A DNA stretch of 64,000 bases from NCBI GenBank assembly GCA_964016885.1, contig OZ024749.1:39122001-39186000 (forward strand), written 5' to 3'. This document shows positions 54,573 through 64,000 of the stretch, piece after piece. The DNA comes from Eledone cirrhosa (lineage: Eukaryota). Under the pieces are notes generated by a model that saw nothing but the letters and a program-made list of their open reading frames with translations, did not search any database and was not told the origin of the DNA. The translations under genes and the position numbers were made by a program. Every line of letters starts with the position of its first letter. The first letter of the stretch is position 1.

Positions 54573-54692
54573 TATATATATATATATAAATGTTGAGTAT
54601 GTGTTGGTTGTTTACCGACACCTCAGTATGCTGGTTAGGAGCACTCAACGGAGTGCGCAGGTTGGTTTGTTCACTCTGAAGTAATGTAAAAT

Positions 54693-54882
54693 AATTGTTT
54701 CTACGTTAGGCACAAGGCCAGCAATTATCCCACTGCATTACTGGTACTTTATTTTATCGACCCCCGTAAGGATGAAAGGCAAAGTTAACCTCGGCGGGAT
54801 TTGAACTCAGATCATAAAGGGAGGTAACTCTATGCTTCAAAGCATGGCGTCCGACCCTTACCGATACTGCCAATCCACCCCC
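54693..54882 (-). mobile_element. SINE
   Basis: Reverse complement of the consensus. Confidence 0.9.
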
Positions 54883-55092
54883 CTAATGTAAAATAATAAG
54901 TGTAATGTAAAATAATAAGTGTAAGTCAAACATGTTAAGGTTGGCTTCGTTTATTCCAGTTCGCTGCTATCATATGATTCCAGTTGCTTTGACGACTAAC
55001 AACACACCCAGGAGCTGGACATCTCGATGAATTAACATGGTAGAACACATTACAACATCATGTTTTCCTGTTTTTTCTGCCTTAATTCTTAC

Positions 55093-55143
55093 TGCCTGAT
55101 GAGGTCACAGCCAATAATGGCTGTCACGGAAATATGTATAGCA
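55093..55143 (+). ncRNA. Minimal type I hammerhead ribozyme
   Basis: TGC-CTGATGA (55096-55102); stem II GTCACAGCCA/TGGCTGTCAC; GAAA-TATGTA-TA-GCA. Stem I is short. Confidence 0.65.
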
Positions 55144-55479
55144 ACAGACTCCTCTTGATAATGGATGGTAAATCTGAAAATATTTGGGACCAATAAAATT
55201 GCTAAGGTAACCTTCTATCGTTCTCGCTCTTATCTTTTCTTTTATTGGGTCGTCAAGTATGAAATTTGTAAAAGTTTGTTTTTTTTCTACAAATTCTTAC
55301 AAATTTCATATTTGATGACCCAATATTTTCTCAAATTCTTATTACCAATGTCACCATCAAACCAATAATGTTCTTGCAAGAAACCAAACCCAGTTAATCA
55401 TATGTGTCAAAATATTCATCAAATGTCTTCTCTTGGTGCCTGAATGATTTTTTTTTTTTTGGTGGGGGTGGGGGTGGGG

Positions 55480-56510
55480 GGTCCTTTAGCCAAGACACCA
55501 AATTCTCTGATTATTGTACAGCCAGATAAGCCTCATTCTTAGAAAGCCCCATCTTTCGAACAAAATCATCCAGTTGTTCTTGACTTATTTTAGAGCATGA
55601 AAGAAGAAAATCAAAATCTTTGTCATTCATTTGGTCTTCCCATTCAATTTCGTCATGGAATCATCGTCTGATCGATTCAATTATTGTTTGCTTGAGGAAT
55701 TTCATCTTCATATAGCTGTAGCCATATGGCAGATGGCAAATTAGGATACTTGATATACTTTTCAGTTTTATTCAACATCGAACATTAGTAATGCGAAAGT
55801 AGTAAACAGCAGAATGGTTGCTTCGTTCTCGCCATGACATTGGAGTGGCAAATGGTATTTGCTTTAGCTTGCCACTGGACCACAAGCAAAGCCAATCGCT
55901 GCAACTTTTGCATAGAATACGTGGAGCAAAATATTTATCTTGGCCTCCGAGTTTCATTTTGAATTAATCCTTTTATCTTGTTTGTATGAGTGTCATGATG
56001 TTTTTCCTACAGTTCTTGAATGCATATACTCCACAGATGTAGATTAAATGATCTTGGTCATTGCGACATACACGTCTTGAAGCCATGCAAATTGAAGCAA
56101 ATTGAAGTGGAGAAATACAAATCAGCAGTCCACAGTGAACAGAACAATTACCAATTCAATACAACAACAATTCACAATACCACCCGAAACACGCATTTAA
56201 ATTAATGTATTCTAAACATACACATGATCTAATATGTGTTATATCTATTTTTACAGCTCTCTCTCATTAAAGATTGTTACAAATGGAACAGTCAAAACAA
56301 TTCTTAAAAGACAAATAAGATCACTTGACATATTGTTTACTATATTACGTTTCTGTAAATTTAGTATATATATGGAGTATGCTGTCGATCAAAATTTAGA
56401 TGTGATGGAACAAATCTGACTTCATATTCAGAAAGAGCACCCTAAAATTAGCTATCCCACCCCTAATTATCTCTTGCAAAAGCAACCTTTTTCATTTCCT
56501 CATGCAGAGT
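55480..56510 (-). mobile_element. Chapaev3-like (CMC) DNA transposon 5' relic
   Basis: From 56086: MASRRVCRNDQDHLIYICG...MKLGGQDKYFAPRILCKSC..WL..W..G...PF..PMSWRE.SNH. This is a Chapa-type zinc-finger pattern, recalled rather than searched. Confidence 0.6.
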
Positions 56511-56793
56511 AATTAATAAAATTTAAATGAGCTTATGGAAATAACTGAAGAGTGCCCATGGCTTGAATTTAGATAAATATATCATATGGTGATGTACTTA
56601 ATGACGCAGGTAGAAAACCTGAATTGATTAATATTCAACCTACTATATAATTTTGAAATAATACATAATGGCTTCGAATTTCAGCACATAGCCAGTAATT
56701 TTGGAAAGAGGGCAGATCAATTAAATCGACCCCAAATTTTGACTGATACTTTAGTTTATATATATGTGTACACACACACACACGCACACGCAC

Positions 56794-56899
<106 letters not shown>

Positions 56900-56969
56900 T
56901 ACACTCTGTCTAGCTCTACACCTCGATACTGACGTGAATCTAAACATCGAGGGCTCTGCGTTACACTCC

Positions 56970-57052
<83 letters not shown>

Positions 57053-57295
57053 GTATATATAGTATATATAGTATATATATAGTACATATAATATTATAAT
57101 ATATATATATATATATGTATATACATACATACATATATATAGAGGACGAAAAAAGAAAGAGAAATAGAAAATAGAGAAATATATAGAAGTTCTTCGGAAA
57201 AAAACCCCACCAAAATATGTCAATTGAATGTTAGCATGGCTGAAACGTCTATATTGTTGAATTACATTCGTAGCATTTGTCGTAATTTTGACTCA

Positions 57296-57586
57296 TAATA
57301 ACAGAGTGTATAACCCCCAGAAGTGGCGGTGGTTATACGCCTTCTTATTAGGCTATCTTCTGTAGAAAAAAAAAGAAAAATCATTCCACCGCCGTCTCCT
57401 AAACATGTCATTGTTGACACATATATCACTATTAACTTATAGCTTCAAAATTGAACAGAGAAAGACGGTTGGGCAAGTTGACGAAATCGGCTGGCACATT
57501 TATCGCGAAAATAAGACATGTGGGCTCGTTACTCGTGCATGCTGATGCTCCTTTTTTCGATTTGGGGGTTATACGCCCTGTTATTA
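57296..57586. repeat. Segment bounded by 24-bp inverted repeats (possible MITE)
   Basis: TAATAACAGAGTGTATAACCCCCA / TGGGGGTTATACGCCCTGTTATTA. Confidence 0.5.
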
Positions 57587-58303
57587 GACTATTTTCTATT
57601 GTAAAAAAAATACGACGAATCTTACTAATTCAATTCAATTTTCAAATCCTATCACAGAATTCTAAACACGTGATCGTTTATCAATACTCTTATAAGTGAT
57701 GTCGTCTAAATGCTGAATAATATTACAGAGCAGGAGATCAGAGCAGTTCTACGGTTACACAATGGATTAAATAAGTTCACAATATAACCTAATTAAAACA
57801 TTGTAGAACAATTTTTTATCTCGTCCAAGTCTACTACATGTTTTTATTTAAAATTTTCTTTCCGTTGATGTTGGCATTTCGAAATAAGAAAAATAAATCT
57901 GATGTTTGTTTCGTTATACATAATTTACACAAGATTAACATTCTACAGGTTCATATTTGAACTGTGATTCAAAGGTCACTTACATTTACACACGATAAAT
58001 ATTTATTCACTGTATTTAGCGATCATTTGATCGCTTAGACTATAATACAAATTGTATTTTATAGTTTTGGTATAAAGCTTTAGGTGAAATAAAATTACGT
58101 AACATCACATTCAGGGTAAAGAATACCAGGTAATCGAACACCATAATCCGACCACCCACCTTAAAGTTAAATGAATTCGATGCAGCCTCCCCACCCCTTC
58201 CTACTCAGAGCTTCTTAAATAATCTCAAAGTATATAAACTGTGTAAATGAGGTGATAAATCTCACGAAAAAAACTATGCATGTTTTGTTTTTTGTAATAA
58301 CTG

Positions 58304-58417
<114 letters not shown>

Positions 58418-59599
58418 ATTAGTTCTAAAACTGATAATTTAGTAACAGGTGTGCAGAAAATAATTTACCTTATAAGTGAAGACTGAATCATTGAATGTTG
58501 GCTTAGTAGCATACGATGATTAAAAATCTCATTGTCAGAATGGAACACTTCTACATCTTCTTGGTCAATGGAGATACGAATATCCTAGATAGATCACATT
58601 TTATATGAGAAATGCCAGATTTAAGAGTGACGAATACCAAAGTATGCTGCAAACCACGTCGAAACCCTTGTGGTTAATAAAGAAAGGATTATTCTCACCA
58701 ACGCGCCTTCCGGCATTTTAGCGTTGTTACCAAGAGATAAATGTTTATGTTTGTTTAGTGCAAATAGAGATATAATATTTTAAAAGAGATCAGAGTTAGT
58801 TAATACTAAATATTAGAAACCTAACAAATCTTTGAAATGATCAAATAGATGAAACATAAAGATGTTTGAAACAACTCTAATATATCATTCCAACATCAAT
58901 GTCATCGTTATGTTTAACCTGTACTGCCCTATGTGTATTACTGCAGCTCTCTAAAAGCACTATGTTATATTTTAATGCATAAGAATTTGTGACATTTTCT
59001 TAAATGCAATTTATACGTTTATAAAACGTAAATCCATTTATCTAAAAATATAGCGTTTCTGTGAACAGATATTCGAAGTAATTGGATATGTCAATAAATA
59101 TGTATGAAGGTTGTTGAAGATTTTATATTTATTTTTCTTGTGGGAATCTTTGAGTTACACGAATGAAATGTTAAATTGCTTCACAATATTTGAAATATCT
59201 AAAAAATATACGACATAGTAAAGCATATGATTATAAAGGAATTATTCAAATATGTAAAATATGTTTTATAAATTAGAATATTAAGTATTTGGGATTTTGT
59301 AGGAAAAATGGGACAATGGATGACACTGTTAGCTCTCAAGACACCTCTTAAAACTCACCGATGTGGTTACAATGAGGCGTGTAAAGGCCTCCACTAAAAA
59401 CAATTGATAGACTGACGTGAATAAGACAACCGCAATTTCAGTATGGTAAGATTCAATAGAAATAATAATACTGCGTTCAAGCCTTCGAAAGATTTATTGC
59501 AGGCGCCATCTAACGCCAAAAAATAGTGCGATGAACATGTGATCTGTCCCGGAAGGTGAGTGATATAAACATAAATGCTGCGTGCGCCGAAATGTTGCA

Positions 59600-60300
59600 G
59601 GCGTGTGTGGATCAGTGCGGTGCCGGGTGGCAAGAGGTTCCTCTTTTTTTATCAGGTTAAAGATGCCATCAAAACAAAGGAGGCTTACAAAGTTTGGCTT
59701 AGAAATAAGTCTTCCCTCTTGCACTCACGGTTCAAGGAGGCGCAAAAAGTCGCAGCAGAGACGATAACTGCGTTCAAGGTTCTCACATAGGAGGGCATTG
59801 GCGTTAAACTGACATCTGACTTCCCAGAGCATTCTGCATGAGTGGAGTTACGTTGAAGCAGGTTGACAAATTCAAGTAATTCGGGGCCGTTTTCACGAGT
59901 TAAGAATGTAGAAGGATCAATTAAGTGCAAAAATGTATGGAGCTGAGGCAGTAATGGATCAGTTTCAGTATTGGCAGGTGTAAAAGCCAAACTCGTAAAC
60001 TTGCCTATGGTCATTAATTTTGAGTACTGACTACGGCCAAGCGTTACTCCATTGGGTGCGTATCTCGAAGATCAGGTAGAGACGCTACTTCTCATAATCG
60101 AGAGATCACAGTTCCGATACTACGTACATGTGGTTGAATTGTTTAAAGAAAGAATCGTTGGACAGATTTTACGTGCAAAGCCAAGGGGCACGATACCCAA
60201 GAGGTATACCACGATCATAATGGTTGGATGATATGCCTTAGCTCGGTTGGTCTGGCTTGGGTGCCCAGCTGGATCATTTGGTGAGAGAATCGACTCGACT
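59600..60300 (+). mobile_element. Heavily deleted RTE (Rex3/Expander-like) relic
   Basis: QVKDAIKTKEAYKVWL, KQVDKFK*FGAVFTS and WLDD..LGWSGLG fragments. Confidence 0.55.
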
Positions 60301-60499
60301 ACTGGATTACTATTTTATTTACCCCGAAAGGATGAAAGGCAAAATTGACTTCGGTGGGAATTGAACTTAAAGTGCTGTGAGCCACAACAAATACCGGACG
60401 CCCTAACGACTATACCGATTCGCCACTTTAGCGCCAACAGTAAAAAGTGGAAACCGGTGTCATGTTTCTCGAATTTCACATCATTGAATAATGTCATAC

Positions 60500-60850
60500 T
60501 ATCTATCTATCTAGGGTGGGTAAAATTCCCGAGATCCATGGACGAGTTCTCTTCAGCGGTCTCTGTCCCTCATTATCGCTGCCATGTCCTGCGTCTCCAA
60601 GAGACCAGTGTCTGTCCTTAGGGCATCAACATATGTCAACCTCGGTCTCCCTCTTCCAGTGTGTCCATGCAGGGGCTCCCACAGGAGCACTGAGTGCAGT
60701 GTCAACTCTGGATGTCGGTGAGAATGTCCAGCTAACCTCAGTCTCCTCTGTGCTATTCTCGAGCTGACTTTTGGGAGGCTCCCGTACAGCTCTGAGTACT
60801 TCAATGTTCGAAGGCATCCTCAGCATTCTCGTGTAGCACCCATCCTCCAC
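60500..60850 (-). mobile_element. RTE/RTE-X-like LINE 3' end with (GATA)n tail
   Basis: DGCYTRMLRM...ELYGSLPKVS..IAQRRLRLAGH..RHPE...LWEP..G..GRGRP. Confidence 0.8.
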
Positions 60851-61025
60851 CCTATTCTGAAGTAGTTATTAAGACAAAGACTACCTTATATGACGATAGA
60901 TGGATACCTGATAAGGAATCTTATTCCATTACACCTATTCAGTTAATCTGTGAGATCATTTTAATTCAATTCAGTTTCCAAAGTCTTCCCTTGAAGTTAT
61001 TTATTTATTTATTTATTTTTTTTTT

Positions 61026-61088
<63 letters not shown>

Positions 61089-61746
61089 TTCCATTTTTTT
61101 CTTTCATTTATAAATTTTAAAAACAAAATAGCAATTGCTGAACTCTGCAGTTTGCAATACACGAAAACTTGGTTAGTTTCCGAAAATAATAGAATATCTG
61201 AATCTTTCAGCTGCAACTAATCGTTTCAATTTATAAGACTTCGATTCAATATCTTTACAAAAATAAATGAAATATTACGACGTCTTAGAGCCAATAGGTT
61301 TCTATTTAAGCATAAGATCATTATGAATGTAATAATAGGGTCGGGCTAGCTATTGCTTCTTCTTTATAAATATATATTTCTCTTTAAAAATATCATCATC
61401 GATGTTTTCTAAACAAACACTCGACACAGATACACACACATACATACATATACACACATACACACATACACACACATACACATACATACACATACATATA
61501 CACACATACACACATACACACACATACACATACATACACATACATGCACACAAACATACACGCACATACACACATATACACACACACCCATACACATACA
61601 TACACACAAACACACGCACATACACACACATACACACACATACACATACATACGCACAAACACACACATACACAAACAGACATTCTATTTTGCTTTATTT
61701 TTTTGTTTTGTTGTTTCGTTTCGTTGTTTTGTTGTTGTTGTTGCGG

Positions 61747-61788
<42 letters not shown>

Positions 61789-62324
61789 GTTTGTTGTTTT
61801 TTTTTCAATCATACAATACGTTTATCCGGAGAGAATTTTCAGATATGATTAAAGAAGTTAATTTTCAACTTCCTGTTTTATATGTTCATAATTATTTATA
61901 ATTTAAAGATGCTGCTATTGGTTTGGTGTCAATTATTGTTAGATTTGTATTCTCATATTTATTTATTGCCTATTTTTCCTTTTCTTTTTTAAGTTCATTT
62001 CATTTCGCTTTAATATCTTTTTTATTTCTTTGCAATCGTGGCTTATAGATGTCATGGGGTATCAAGTGCGGACTACAGCTATTTTTACACAACGTATTCT
62101 AAGGACAGAATTGACAAGGACAGAATGATCTGTGGCATTTATTCCGGCTCTCAATACTCAGTAAACTAAGTTCAAATCCCGCTGAGGTCAACTTCGCCAT
62201 TTTTCATTTCGAGGTCGATAAAAAATGTATACCAGTATTGAGAATCAATACTTCTAATCTCTCTATATCTATCTATCTATCTATCTATGTTGAAATTGTT
62301 TGTTTTTATATTTTTTACACGACT

Positions 62325-62809
62325 GTATGTAAAATCCCCGGCATGTCTTTGTATTGTCCCCTTTTCTTGTTGCGCCCTTGTGGCTAATAAAGAAATCTAT
62401 CTATCTATGAGGAAGAGAAATCGACTAATTTTTTAAATTGCATTTGTGATAACATTTTACACGTTTTTATTGTATGTAAACTTCCCCCTTTGTATTTGTC
62501 CCCTTCTTTTGTGCCCCTGTGGCTAATAAAGAAACATATCTATCTATGAGGAAGAGAGGAAGGGAGTACTCACTCTTGCTGCTCCTGGAGATGAGGGTTG
62601 TACATTTTTTCGGGGTGTGTACAACCCCTGTGTAACGCCTCCCCCCTATTGGGGATTTCAATTGTTATCTGTTATTTTATTAATAGTTTTATTTTCATAT
62701 ACCTGTATGTAAACTCCCCATTTGTATTTGTCCCCTTCTTTTGTGCCCTTGTGGCTAATAAAGAAATTTATCTATCTATCTATCTATCTCTTCCCCCTCT
62801 CTCTTTCTG

Positions 62810-62840
<31 letters not shown>

Positions 62841-62971
62841 TTCTCTCTCTCTCTCTCTCTTTCTCTTTATCTCTCTTTCTCTCTCCCTCTTTCACTCTCT
62901 CTTTCTACTCCCCTATCTCTCTCTCTTCCTCATCTCTCTTTCTCTCTATCTCCCACCCCTCTCTCTCTATC

Positions 62972-63034
<63 letters not shown>

Positions 63035-63175
63035 TTTGTTATATCTTATTTTATTTTTATATTTTGTTATTGCCTCCTCCTTATTGAGGACGCCTTTTTG
63101 TGTAAACTCCCCCCTTTGTACTTGTCCCACTTTTGATGCCCTAGTGGCAAATAAAAGAAACATATCTATCTATAT
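62325..63175 (+). mobile_element. Four short retroelement 3' ends, each ending AATAAA(A)GAAA-(ATCT)n
   Basis: TGTATGTAAACTCCCC..TTGTATTTGTCCCC...GCCCTTGTGGCTAATAAAGAAA near 62325, 62470, 62703 and 63098. Confidence 0.7.
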
Positions 63176-63643
63176 CTCTTCCCCCTTCTCTCTTTCTCTT
63201 TATCTCTCTCTCCCTTTCTCTTTACCTCTCTTTCTCTCTCCCTCTTTATCTCTCTCTCTCTTCCCTCTCTTTCTCTTTACCCCCCCCCCCCCTCTCTGAT
63301 TCACTTGATGAAATTGGCTGTATTCAGATTTGGAGAGGGATGGGTTCCACCACACCCCGGATGTCATGGCCGCGCCCCTACAACTCCACAAGCAGTTCAG
63401 AAGTGATTCCTTTACGTATATTTCATCAGTTGCTGTTCTTCTTTAACTTCCAATTACCTCTGATCAAGAAAACTTAACATCAAAGCTGAAAATTCTATAT
63501 AGTTTTCTATATCCAATGTATTCTCCTTTAAGAAATTTAAGGAAAATTTGGTTGCTATTCCTAGCACTTTCAACAACTCCGACATTCTGGGAGTTCGTAA
63601 ATCAAGTTCAAAATTCTAAATACTTCTTTGTAAATATAATTTT

Positions 63644-64000
63644 TTCTACTTCTGGCACAATTATCCCAGTGTATTACTGGTATTTTATTTTATCGACCTC
63701 GTAAGGATGAAAGGCAAAGTTAACCTCGGCGGGATTTGAACTCAGACCATAAAGGGCAGTAACTCTTTGCTGCAAAGCATAGCGTCCGACCCTCTACCGA
63801 TACTGCCAATCCACCGCCCTTCTTTGTAAATATAATTGTTTCTACTTTTTGGCACAAGGACAACAATTACCCAGTGTATTACTGGTACTTTATTTTATGG
63901 ACCCCGTAAGGATAAAAGGCAAAGTTAACCTCGGCGGGATTTGAACTCAGAATGGCGAGGGCCGTAACTCTATGAGTCAAAGCATGGCGTCCGACCCTCT
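63644..64000 (-). mobile_element. Two SINEs, the second running off the window
   Basis: Reverse complement of the consensus. Confidence 0.9.

Overview
AT-rich, repeat-saturated animal genomic DNA with no intact host gene visible. The SINE and LINE repertoire looks cephalopod (octopus-like), which is inference from recognised repeats. Nearly all long ORFs in the track are microsatellite artefacts. Real coding signal is limited to an FKBP4/5-like fragment and relics of RTE, RTE-X, R4/Dong-type, CR1, CRE, L1/Tx1, Penelope-like (PLE), Tc1/mariner and Chapaev3-like elements. Three things stand out. (1) More than 15 short inserts, mostly in (TA)n tracts, share one architecture across unrelated sequences: an inverted arm, then a 3' terminal segment often carrying a type I hammerhead ribozyme, then a short tail. 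The tail begins with a covarying RYTC...GARY stem, and the inverted arm stops just before it. One insert keeps a PLE GIY-YIG C-terminus next to its hammerhead. (2) A 552-bp direct-repeat unit begins exactly at its own predicted hammerhead cleavage site. (3) A 9.4-kb, indel-free 20-bp satellite is built from two interspersed unit types, appears to have been born at a junction, and contains a 1780-bp higher-order duplication. All RNA structures were paired by eye, not computed.
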